In this document: one piece after another, positions 7,047 to 15,191 of the stretch
Layout of the letters: the number at the start of each line of letters is the position of its first letter
Numbering within the stretch: the first letter of the stretch is position 1
Source of the DNA: a virus
Lineage: Duplodnaviria; Caudoviricetes
Virus record (IMG/VR): IMGVR_UViG_3300006105_000094
Location: 1-26,854 of that record
Reading direction: 5' to 3' (one strand)
Length of the DNA stretch: 26,854 bases
The notes under the pieces: model-generated
The model's input: the letters and a program-made list of their open reading frames with translations, nothing else
Database searches by the model: none
What the model was told of the DNA's origin: nothing
Translations under genes and position numbers: made by a program

Positions 7047-9716
7047 TTAAAACTCGAATAAACTGTTAAATGTATTTTTTTCTTCTGTGCTAGTAATATT
7101 CCATTCTAGTACACCTATTAAGTTGTCTAGCTTTTTATCAATGATAGTAGCTTCCATTTCAGCATGATCAAAAGGTAAATCTTTGAACCACTGCGGTAAC
7201 CTCAGTTCGTCTACAGGGTAAGCGACTGATGTATAGCCTAACGGATTAGGCTTGAGTTTACAAACAATAACTTTAGCACCATCTGTAATACTCATAGAAT
7301 ATTTGTCATTGTACATACGTTTTAGCGTGTTCCAATTGATACTAGCACGAACATGTCCTGGCATATTAGTCTTACCGGCTTTGGCTTCTTTGCCTTGATA
7401 CTCGGTAATCTTGTTAGCACGTTTAGGAGATCCTTTTTCCCAACCTGGTCGAGCTTTAAATTTGATACGGAATGCGCTGATATGATCCAATACATCCTGT
7501 TCATCTTTACCCATTAGAACCATTTCAAGAACTTCACTTAAAAAGTCTTGAATAAATTCTGGAGTATCACTACGCTTCAAGTCCAAGCCCATAGCTTTAA
7601 TCTTACCAGCTTTACCATCTATGTCAGTACGTTTGCCTTCTTTGTCATAGTAAAGAACAGCATAGCGTTTCTTAGTAATAAACAAACTTTTAGATCCGAC
7701 AATTTCACGACCTGCTTTAATAACTTCTCCACGGGTCTTTGGCACATGAAACGTATCCAACATAAACTGTGGGAATGTTTGATTTACTTCTTCTCCGATG
7801 GTATCATACAGTTGAATTACCGTTTCTTTCGTCCAGGGAATTCGTCCGGCTTCAATGTCCTTCTGTAAAGTGCGATAAGCACTAAAATAACAACTATCAG
7901 TATCACCATAAATTACCGCCTTTCCTACGTGATCATACTCTCCGGTAATGATCTCATTTACTTTACTCGCCATATGTTTTGCGATTTGGCGACCGACCAG
8001 CGTTGTTGATTGTCCGATTCGTTTATCAAAGAATCTACAACCGCTATTAAGAATAGCACCGTACAAGCTATTAAGATTAATCTTCTTAACAAGTTGTCGT
8101 TTATCCCAATACTCTTCTTCCACTTTATTCCCAGCATTTATAGCCTCCTTTAACTTGGCCTGCATCTCTTTACGTTCAGCATACCAGCGTTTTAGTAGCC
8201 CTGGAATAATACCTTCCTTTTCATGGGTGAAGATTGTCCCGTTACTTGAAAGCATCCAAGGCTGATTGCTTTCAAATATTAATCTATATACTTCGGCGGC
8301 ACTTAGTACATCGCTAGATCCATCTTCCCAGTCGATAGTAATGTCTGTGCCAATCTCTTGTGCCATCACAGCTTCGTATTCGTCAGTACCAAATTTACCT
8401 TCCCAAGCAGCCGCAAATGATTTACCTTTGGCAATTTGTAGCTCAATGTATTCTTCTGTCTTAGTTTGACGTAACTGTCCAATAATAGTTTCCGGACCCA
8501 TGTTTAACGCACGAATCGCAGATGGATATAGTGAGTTAATATCTAATGATCCTACCCAGTCTTGAATACCTGTTTTAGGAAATGCTACATACGCACCTGC
8601 CGCACCTTCGTTGTCTTCACGTTCGCTCATCTTAGTACGATTAGGAACTTGGAAACCTCTACGATGTGCTTCGTTAATAATAGCCTGTTCAGTCACAGCT
8701 ACAGCACCCATTGTAGTTTGTAGTAGTACTGTATTTTCATGTGCCAACGTGTTAGTTAGATCCATGAATTTTAACTTCTTGTCTAAGTCGTCAAGCAGTT
8801 TACAGTCATTAATGTTATATTCAACAAACGTTTTAAAGTCATTGTTGTACAACTGATCCAATGTACCTTCGTATTGTGTTTTACGTTTGCCCAATTCATA
8901 TTCAGCAATAGCATCTAGTCTATAACTATGACGTTCTTCATATGTGTACTTACGATATAGTTCGAGATAGTCGAGGTGAACACGACCAATATAATCATAA
9001 GTTGTACTAGTACGACCATACTTTTCATATTCACGTTTTTTAGGAAATTGATTAAACAAACAAAAGCGTCTAGTATCTTCTTTTGATAACGCTTTTGTTA
9101 CTCTATTTGTAGTGTATGGAATATCAAAGCCTTCCGAGTTCCAACCACTTAATATATCTGCGTCTTTAATCAAGTCAAGGAATGTGTCCAACAAGTCTGC
9201 TTCGTTGTCGAACAGCATAGTATTAGGAAAATCTTTAACCATTTCCTTAGCATCTTCCATACTAAGCTTCTTAGGAGGAATAGCTAAACAAACCATTGTT
9301 TCTAACCATTGTAAGTAGACAGCAATCGCAGTAATTGGCATAAATGCGTCGTCTGGACTAGCATAGCCACGCTCTGGATCGAAGTCTACCTCAATATCGA
9401 AAAATGCTACATTTAGTTTAGGAGCATCTTGATTTAAGTAGTGTTCGCTTAGTGTTACAAAGATTGGATTAATATCCGATTCGTATAAAGTCTTGCCACT
9501 GTTAATGGCTTGTTCTTTGCGTAGTTCTTTTGTGTTTTTACAAACGATACGAGTGAGTGGATCACCGTAAATTGATTGAAATTTCCCTCTGGGATCTTTC
9601 ACATAAAATGTATGACGTACAGGAATATCTCTAAATTCCCTGTCGCCTTTTTTATTGCGTTCAACAACTCGAACGATATCGTTCTCGCGGTCAAACCATG
9701 CGTCTACATAAGACAT
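7047..9716 (-). CDS. polB: Family B DNA polymerase (T4 gp43-like)
   Basis: Exonuclease motifs FDIE, GWNSEGFD and YNINDC. Polymerase motifs LDINSLYPS, KINLNSLYG, YGDTDS and KKRY. Confidence 0.97.
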   Translation of the reverse strand: MSYVDAWFDRENDIVRVVERNKKGDREFRDIPVRHTFYVKDPRGKFQSIYGDPLTRIVCKNTKELRKEQAINSGKTLYESDINPIFVTLSEHYLNQDAPKLNVAFFDIEVDFDPERGYASPDDAFMPITAIAVYLQWLETMVCLAIPPKKLSMEDAKEMVKDFPNTMLFDNEADLLDTFLDLIKDADILSGWNSEGFDIPYTTNRVTKALSKEDTRRFCLFNQFPKKREYEKYGRTSTTYDYIGRVHLDYLELYRKYTYEERHSYRLDAIAEYELGKRKTQYEGTLDQLYNNDFKTFVEYNINDCKLLDDLDKKLKFMDLTNTLAHENTVLLQTTMGAVAVTEQAIINEAHRRGFQVPNRTKMSEREDNEGAAGAYVAFPKTGIQDWVGSLDINSLYPSAIRALNMGPETIIGQLRQTKTEEYIELQIAKGKSFAAAWEGKFGTDEYEAVMAQEIGTDITIDWEDGSSDVLSAAEVYRLIFESNQPWMLSSNGTIFTHEKEGIIPGLLKRWYAERKEMQAKLKEAINAGNKVEEEYWDKRQLVKKINLNSLYGAILNSGCRFFDKRIGQSTTLVGRQIAKHMASKVNEIITGEYDHVGKAVIYGDTDSCYFSAYRTLQKDIEAGRIPWTKETVIQLYDTIGEEVNQTFPQFMLDTFHVPKTRGEVIKAGREIVGSKSLFITKKRYAVLYYDKEGKRTDIDGKAGKIKAMGLDLKRSDTPEFIQDFLSEVLEMVLMGKDEQDVLDHISAFRIKFKARPGWEKGSPKRANKITEYQGKEAKAGKTNMPGHVRASINWNTLKRMYNDKYSMSITDGAKVIVCKLKPNPLGYTSVAYPVDELRLPQWFKDLPFDHAEMEATIIDKKLDNLIGVLEWNITSTEEKNTFNSLFEF

Positions 9717-9732
9717 AAATTTTCTTCTCCGA

Positions 9733-9777
9733 TGTCACTTAAGGCTGACAAATACCTTCATGCGAATTATGGCTCGC
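9733..9777 (-). promoter_or_regulatory. Tandem stem-loops in the polymerase 5' leader (putative translational operator)
   Basis: Minus strand has GCGA-GCCATAAT-TCGC and TGTCA-GCCTTAAG-TGACA, both with 8-nt loops, just upstream of the GGAG SD (9727-9730). Confidence 0.55.
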
Positions 9778-9793
9778 TAACCTTTCCTAGCAA

Positions 9794-9800
9794 TATTTAT
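9794..9800 (-). promoter_or_regulatory. Putative T4-like late promoter (ATAAATA) upstream of the polymerase
   Basis: TAAATA core at the intergenic boundary. The same motif recurs at other gene-block starts. Confidence 0.45.
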
Positions 9801-10057
9801 TAGATACGTTTTGTGATATCTAAAATTGCTTCAATTTCTTCCCAATCAGCATTATAATTTTGCCAATCGCCTTTATGTGCGATCTTAATTGCTTTGGTAA
9901 TAACGCTTGGTTTGATTTGTAATTCTTCGGCAACTGCCTTGACAGTTTCCTTTAAGCCTTCTTGTAAGTCTTCAACTTCACGTAGGACTGTTGAGCCTTC
10001 ACTAATTAAACGCTCTAGTTTTGCTTTTTCTTCTGCACCGTATGAACGACCGCCCAT
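9800..10057 (-). CDS. Small dsDNA-binding protein (T4 DsbA / GapR-like helical fold)
   Basis: 85 aa, amphipathic helices, 'LKETVKAVAEELQIKPSVITKAIKIAHK' pattern, AGGAG SD, directly upstream of the polymerase. Confidence 0.6.
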   Translation of the reverse strand: MGGRSYGAEEKAKLERLISEGSTVLREVEDLQEGLKETVKAVAEELQIKPSVITKAIKIAHKGDWQNYNADWEEIEAILDITKRI

Positions 10058-10081
10058 GTAAATCTCCTAATGTATATGCCT

Positions 10082-10110
10082 ATTGTATACTACTTATACT
10101 ACAAGAGCAA
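10082..10110 (-). promoter_or_regulatory. Sigma70-like promoter TTGCTC-N17-TACAAT for the replication operon
   Basis: Plus strand ATTGTA at 10082-10087 and GAGCAA at 10105-10110 in an intergenic gap. Confidence 0.6.
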
Positions 10111-10124
10111 CCTATATGAAATTT

Positions 10125-11021
10125 TTAATAGCCAAAACTTTTAATTAAGTTTTCAGCAAGATGCGTAGATTCGAATCTCTTATCTGGAACTGGAATAAAT
10201 CCTTGAGGAGGAGTTGCGCCAGCGTCTTTTAGTGCGGCAAGAGTTTTCTTACCAATCAATCCGTCGGCTACTAATCCATGTGATTGCTGGAATGACTTGA
10301 TTTCGGCATCAGTGGTTGGCCATTTGGTTTGACCAGCAACTCCTGCGTCGGGAGCTTTTGATAAGGTACTTGGATCTATAGTTATAAAGTCAGTAGATCT
10401 GCCATGCTTTTTCCAATAACCCATTTGACCAGTACGTGGATTTTTAACTAATGGTTCGCCATTCGGACCTTTGCCATCTTTGCCTACGTGTGCTTTGCTA
10501 TCGTATACGTGATCAACAATAGCATTAATAAGTTGATCGATGCCTTTTTCACCTAAGAAATAACTAGCGGCCATACCGCCTACACCGCCACCGATAAATC
10601 CTGCCAATGCTCCGGCACCGCCAGTAACAGCTCCGGCAATAGCTCCACCAATAATCGATCCTACCCAGAACAATCCAAAGTTAGCAACAAGATTAGTAAC
10701 TATTTTAGTAACTTGTGCTCTGTATTCTGTTTCAGGAGTATCTACGGGTATAGCTTGTATTGATTCCCAACCGTCCCAAATCTCAGCGGCAATAGCTATT
10801 GGTAATGCGGCCTTACCAAAAAAACCTTTAATACCGCCCCACATCTTACTCATTACACTTGCTTCTTTGCCAACATCGGCGGCAACAGTTGTAGCTACAG
10901 GAGCGGCTTGCGATGCTTTCGCGGCCCAGTAAGGACTATTACTATAGGCGTTGGTTGCGCCAACAGCTACTTCGTCTAATTCTGCTTCGTCAATTTTATT
11001 GATTAATTCGCGGATATTCAT
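10125..11021 (-). CDS. Putative virion protein with glycine-zipper hydrophobic hairpin and C-terminal peptidoglycan-binding domain
   Basis: GSIIGGAIAGAVTGGAGALAGFIGGGVGGMAA hairpin. IKSFQQSHGLVADGLIGKKTLAAL matches the PG_binding_1 pattern (FQ..hGL..DG..G..T). N-terminus is MNIREL. Confidence 0.75.
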   Translation of the reverse strand: MNIRELINKIDEAELDEVAVGATNAYSNSPYWAAKASQAAPVATTVAADVGKEASVMSKMWGGIKGFFGKAALPIAIAAEIWDGWESIQAIPVDTPETEYRAQVTKIVTNLVANFGLFWVGSIIGGAIAGAVTGGAGALAGFIGGGVGGMAASYFLGEKGIDQLINAIVDHVYDSKAHVGKDGKGPNGEPLVKNPRTGQMGYWKKHGRSTDFITIDPSTLSKAPDAGVAGQTKWPTTDAEIKSFQQSHGLVADGLIGKKTLAALKDAGATPPQGFIPVPDKRFESTHLAENLIKSFGY

Positions 11022-12148
11022 TTTTTACTAGGTACACAATTAGGAACTGTGCGTCCGCCTTTCTTTTTAGTGCCCACTGGATGATATCCTGTCCAGCATG
11101 GGTTTGAATTCTTTAATGATTTTTTCTTAGCGTTGGCTTCTTTAATAGGATTAGTTTCGCCTATGTTTTTATCTATATTATGAACTCTACGTCCACCACC
11201 TTTGCGTATCTTGGCAAGTTCTTCTATACCATGACGGATCTGTTCTATATTCATAGCTAGTTCTGGAAAATGACTAGCAATACTTTCCCATACAACTAAA
11301 TTATCGCTTTCTGCTGATTTAGCCAACTCTCTAAGTTGACCACGTGCTCGCATAATACGTGCTTCTATACTAGCAGGGTTTACTCCTTGATGACTATGAA
11401 TAGTACTAGCTGTTGGGTTTTCTTTGTCAAAATCTAACGGAGTTTCTGCTACCGCACTTTGTATGCCCGGGCCAACACCGCCGGTGAATCCCATGCTATG
11501 ATCTGGAATTTCGTTTTCATTAACTGGCTTACCTTTCTTAACACGTTTAGGTAATGTTTTTAATTTTTTACCAGTATCGGCTTTGTTAAACTCTTTAGCA
11601 ACTGATTGCTTAATACCAACTTTCTTAGCAAACTCTGGATTGTGAGCCGCGGCAGCCATTGTACGTGCTTGTGCTTGACTAACCGAACGTTCGTCTAATT
11701 CTAATCCGTGATGCCCGAATGAATTTTGATATGTTTTATGATCTAAATCTAATTCTTGAACAGCTCGTTGTTTAGCGGCTTGTTCAATGCGATCCTTTTT
11801 ACCTTCTTTCATCATAACACGTTCAGCAATAACTGACGCATATTGATTCATTATCTGACGCTTACGATCTTTTTCTTGGGAAATTTCTTCTTCAACTGTA
11901 TGAAAGTATTTGCCAATAGTAAGCTCACGTCCGATAGGTTTACTAACAGGCTTATCTTCTTGGGGCGCTTGATAGTGTTGCATTGCCATTTGTACTGGCA
12001 ATGATACTTTATGAGGATTACCTTCGTTAAGGATTTGAATACTGGCATTCTTATCTACAATGGATAAGAACTTAACCATATCACTAGCACCTTCTACAGG
12101 TTTAGAAGATGCTCCGTCTAACGCCTGTAGAATGCGCTTCATGTCCAT
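11018..12148 (-). CDS. Modular, charged hypothetical protein (putative internal head protein)
   Basis: Short modules (SQAQARTMAAAAHNPEFAKKVGI; NPCWTGY..VGTKKKGGRTVPNCVP) separated by [ILVM]-x-E sites. Confidence 0.7.
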   Translation of the reverse strand: MDMKRILQALDGASSKPVEGASDMVKFLSIVDKNASIQILNEGNPHKVSLPVQMAMQHYQAPQEDKPVSKPIGRELTIGKYFHTVEEEISQEKDRKRQIMNQYASVIAERVMMKEGKKDRIEQAAKQRAVQELDLDHKTYQNSFGHHGLELDERSVSQAQARTMAAAAHNPEFAKKVGIKQSVAKEFNKADTGKKLKTLPKRVKKGKPVNENEIPDHSMGFTGGVGPGIQSAVAETPLDFDKENPTASTIHSHQGVNPASIEARIMRARGQLRELAKSAESDNLVVWESIASHFPELAMNIEQIRHGIEELAKIRKGGGRRVHNIDKNIGETNPIKEANAKKKSLKNSNPCWTGYHPVGTKKKGGRTVPNCVPSKK

Positions 12149-12154
12149 TGGAGT

Positions 12155-13906
12155 TTATCCCAATAGTTTGCGTGTCAATGCGCGGATCTGATCAACTTCA
12201 CGTGATTCAACAATCGCTGGTTTTTCAGAACGATTTAAACGAGCTAACTGATCTTGCATGCGTGAAAAATCTGTAGACTCTTTAACAGTCTCTTTCTTTT
12301 TGTCAGCAACTGCTTTCTTCATTGGCTCTTTCTTGTCACTGTCTTTGTCCATGTCTAAGAAATCTGGCTTAGTAGCTTTTGCTTTTTCAGCAATATACGC
12401 AGTAGTTTCTTTGATGTTCTTCCACATAGCGGCTGCGGCAATTTTCTCGCCTTTCTCACCACCACCAGCTTTCTTAGCTAGTTTAGCAAAACCTTTACCT
12501 GGCTTACCAATGTCTCCACCTGCTTTGGCTTTTTTAACTGTAGCAGATTTCTTAGCGGCACTTAATCCAGCACTCGGCTTCCCTTTTGAACTTTCTCTCA
12601 TAGGATTAGCTTGCCCTTGTGGCATAGCCGTATTTGATTTTGAGTATCCACCTGTTGCTGAACCTGAATTTAATCCAATAACTGTACCTACTGGAATTGG
12701 TTGACGCGGATCAATTCCTGGATTGTTAGATATAATATCTTGAACAGTTGTTTCCTTCATCTTAGCTAAAGCTTCTACAGTAATACCCGGTTTATCAATT
12801 TTAACTGTACCAGTTACTTTGTCAGTGTCGTATGAGCCATATGGACTTTTACTTTCTTTGAATGGCTTACCTGATTTAGCGGCAGCCTTAGCACGTGAAC
12901 CCCATACTTCGTCTTTATCACTTTCTACTTTGCCATCGCCATCGTAATCTTTATCAGCTTTCTTTTCTTTAGCTTCTTCCATTTTCTTACCAAACTTCTC
13001 GCCATTCTTCATGCCCCATGTGTTGCCTGAGTGTTTAGGTAATTTGATATCGTTGCCACGTTCAGCTTTCTTAGTTGCGGCATCTTTAGCTTTAGCATGA
13101 GTCTTAATACCCTTGCCTGACTTTTCTTCTGCTTCGCCGTCGTCGGCATAGCTAGTGTTCTTATGTACAACACCTGTGTGAGTCTTAGTTAACTCGCCGG
13201 TACGAGTTTTCTTAGTATCACCGACTTTCATTTCGCCCTTACCTTTTGAAGTAAACGCATTTTCGGCTTCTTCGTCTACTTCTGTTTCTGGGCTCATTTG
13301 TCCATCCATACGCTTATGAGCGGCTTTAGTAGCTTTGATCATTGTATTGTATTTGGCAACTTTACCTTTTACATGAGCTGGAATTGGTTTTGGCTCTTCG
13401 TAAACCATGCCTGTTCCTCCGCACTCTGTACAAGGACGCTCACCGCCGCTTAGAATACCTTCTTCAACTTTGTGCTCATGCTTGCCTTTCATCTTTTCAG
13501 CGTCAGCTTTCTTAAGCTCTTTCATCTTATCTTTTGCTTCGGCTAACAATTCTTTAATTTTCATTTTTTGTCCTTCGCTTAGTGTATCGCTGTTGTCTAA
13601 ATGATGTCCATACTCGCTGAACTTCATTTCATACTCTAAATAGTGATAAACACTAGCGATGTAATCTGCGGCTTTAGTAATCTTAGCCTGTACCCATGCT
13701 TCCATTTGATCATCATCGCTGATTTGTTGGAATAGCTTGTGTGAATAATTAGCTAGTTTATATAAATCAGCTTTAGCCATAGCACCTTCACGGTCTACTT
13801 CGCCGTTACTTGATCCTAATGCTTGTGTTGGTTCTGCGCCTGCGTCTGGAGCTGGTGCTCCTGCGTCTGGGCTCATTGTTGGGTCTAATTCTGGTGGCAT
13901 GTTCAT
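12155..13906 (-). CDS. Lys/Glu-rich modular protein with LysM-like and DxDxDG motifs (putative internal head protein)
   Basis: TVEALAK...TTVQDIISNNPGIDPRQPIPVGTVIGL (LysM-like), DKDYDGDGKVE and DMDKDSDKKE (EF-hand-like loops), CTECGGTG. GGAG SD upstream. Confidence 0.7.
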   Translation of the reverse strand: MNMPPELDPTMSPDAGAPAPDAGAEPTQALGSSNGEVDREGAMAKADLYKLANYSHKLFQQISDDDQMEAWVQAKITKAADYIASVYHYLEYEMKFSEYGHHLDNSDTLSEGQKMKIKELLAEAKDKMKELKKADAEKMKGKHEHKVEEGILSGGERPCTECGGTGMVYEEPKPIPAHVKGKVAKYNTMIKATKAAHKRMDGQMSPETEVDEEAENAFTSKGKGEMKVGDTKKTRTGELTKTHTGVVHKNTSYADDGEAEEKSGKGIKTHAKAKDAATKKAERGNDIKLPKHSGNTWGMKNGEKFGKKMEEAKEKKADKDYDGDGKVESDKDEVWGSRAKAAAKSGKPFKESKSPYGSYDTDKVTGTVKIDKPGITVEALAKMKETTVQDIISNNPGIDPRQPIPVGTVIGLNSGSATGGYSKSNTAMPQGQANPMRESSKGKPSAGLSAAKKSATVKKAKAGGDIGKPGKGFAKLAKKAGGGEKGEKIAAAAMWKNIKETTAYIAEKAKATKPDFLDMDKDSDKKEPMKKAVADKKKETVKESTDFSRMQDQLARLNRSEKPAIVESREVDQIRALTRKLLG

Positions 13907-13924
13907 AACTCCGTTGTCTTTATA

Positions 13925-13930
13925 TATTTA
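13925..13930 (-). promoter_or_regulatory. Putative late promoter (TAAATA)
   Basis: CTAAATATATA on the minus strand, overlapping the upstream stop and about 20 nt before ATG 13906. Confidence 0.5.
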
Positions 13931-14590
13931 GCGTCTTTTGATGACTACTGACTCTTTTGGCTGACCAAATAAGCTGGCGCCCATATCTAATCCGTTCTTA
14001 GCAGTTCCATCACTATTTTTAGGCTGTACAACCTTAGGCTGTGCTGGTGCTTTTTTACCTGATCCTGTGCTAGGACTGCCTAAATAACTACGTTTTCCAC
14101 GTGATTTACCAGGACTTAATTGTGGCGCATCTACAGTTCCAATGTTAGCGGCACTTGTAGCACCCGCTGTAGCTGTTTCTTTAATATCTTTTTTCTTCTT
14201 CTTAGCAATAGCAATAGCGGCCTGTTGTGCGGCGTTTGCGGCTTCTGCTACACCTTGTGGTTTACCAAATGGATGTACTTCGACCCATTTACCGCCTTGA
14301 TTTTGAATCCATTTACCTTGGTGATATTTGCTTTTTATAATATTATGCACTCTTAGTGCGGCTTCTATACCATCTCTGTAGCCTAAATTACGTGCTTCGC
14401 GTTCTTGATGCCCGGCAATCATGTTTTGTTTAAGTCTGCCTTCATGTGGATCATATCTGTACCAAAGATTGGCTTCGTCATTTCCGCCACGCAAATCGTT
14501 GCCATCGCTGTCATAATAGTTTGTAAAACTACCGTGTCTGCCTTCTACTAATTCTTTAGTATTAAATCCCGTTAAGTCTTTAATTTTCAT
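13928..14590 (-). CDS. Modular hypothetical protein (putative internal head protein)
   Basis: MKIKDL start; modules bounded by LVE/G, VAE/A and IKE/T; basic C-terminus. Confidence 0.7.
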   Translation of the reverse strand: MKIKDLTGFNTKELVEGRHGSFTNYYDSDGNDLRGGNDEANLWYRYDPHEGRLKQNMIAGHQEREARNLGYRDGIEAALRVHNIIKSKYHQGKWIQNQGGKWVEVHPFGKPQGVAEAANAAQQAAIAIAKKKKKDIKETATAGATSAANIGTVDAPQLSPGKSRGKRSYLGSPSTGSGKKAPAQPKVVQPKNSDGTAKNGLDMGASLFGQPKESVVIKRR

Positions 14591-14817
14591 TTTTTAATTC
14601 CCCTGAATCCAGTGCCTACGGCACGTTCGCCATTCATAAACTTAGGTAAACTAAACCACAACTTGAACCATTCTTCAGTGCCAGGTTGTATATTTTGTTC
14701 ACGCATAATCTTTGCTTTCTCTGTACCAGTTATACTGATATTACTTCCGCCGTAAGGTTGTAGGCCTTTAAACTCGTTAATGCCTGCTAACTTCTTAAGA
14801 CGTGCTATTTCATCCAT
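14587..14817 (-). CDS. Small hypothetical protein (IARLKKLAGI motif)
   Basis: Coupled by TAATG and ATGA-type overlaps on both sides; IQPGTEEWFKLWFS motif. Confidence 0.7.
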   Translation of the reverse strand: MDEIARLKKLAGINEFKGLQPYGGSNISITGTEKAKIMREQNIQPGTEEWFKLWFSLPKFMNGERAVGTGFRGIKK

Positions 14818-15191
14818 TATACACCGTACTTATTCTTTTTAGATTTAGCTACTGGACTAACTTTATGTGTATCGTCTGGTTCAGCACTTTTAGCCCAAGG
14901 TAAAACTTGATCATGTTCTGTAGGCACAGCTTTACGTGCCTGTTTAAACATATTATGTTCTACTTCTGTAAAAGGATGTTGTGTCCAATAAGGACCCATC
15001 CAACTTTCATGATCTACATCAATTTGTTTATTTGAGCCATCACTCATAGCTAATGCTATACCGGTGCGCAACTGATGGTAGTTAGGATAAAATCCACCAG
15101 GATCGCGATCTCTACTAACACCATTGTGTACACTTGCGTGTTGTTTATGGTGTTTTCCAGTACGTTCGGAAAGAAATTCTTTAGCTCGCAT
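14817..15191 (-). CDS. Hypothetical protein, paralog of the C-terminal domain of the upstream nucleotidyltransferase
   Basis: MRAKEF start and VSPVAKSKKNKYGV end match the internal MRAREF and terminal VSPVAKPKKNKYGI of 15191..16456. Confidence 0.75.
   Translation of the reverse strand: MRAKEFLSERTGKHHKQHASVHNGVSRDRDPGGFYPNYHQLRTGIALAMSDGSNKQIDVDHESWMGPYWTQHPFTEVEHNMFKQARKAVPTEHDQVLPWAKSAEPDDTHKVSPVAKSKKNKYGV

Noticed and set aside
7047-9716. Intein or intron in the DNA polymerase
   Set aside because: The 889-aa length is normal, motifs are contiguous, and there are no intein splice or LAGLIDADG signatures.
13405-13435. DnaJ-type zinc finger (CTECGGTG) in the 583-aa protein
   Set aside because: Only one CxxCxGxG repeat is present, which is insufficient for an intramolecular DnaJ Zn finger. 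Kept only as a module.
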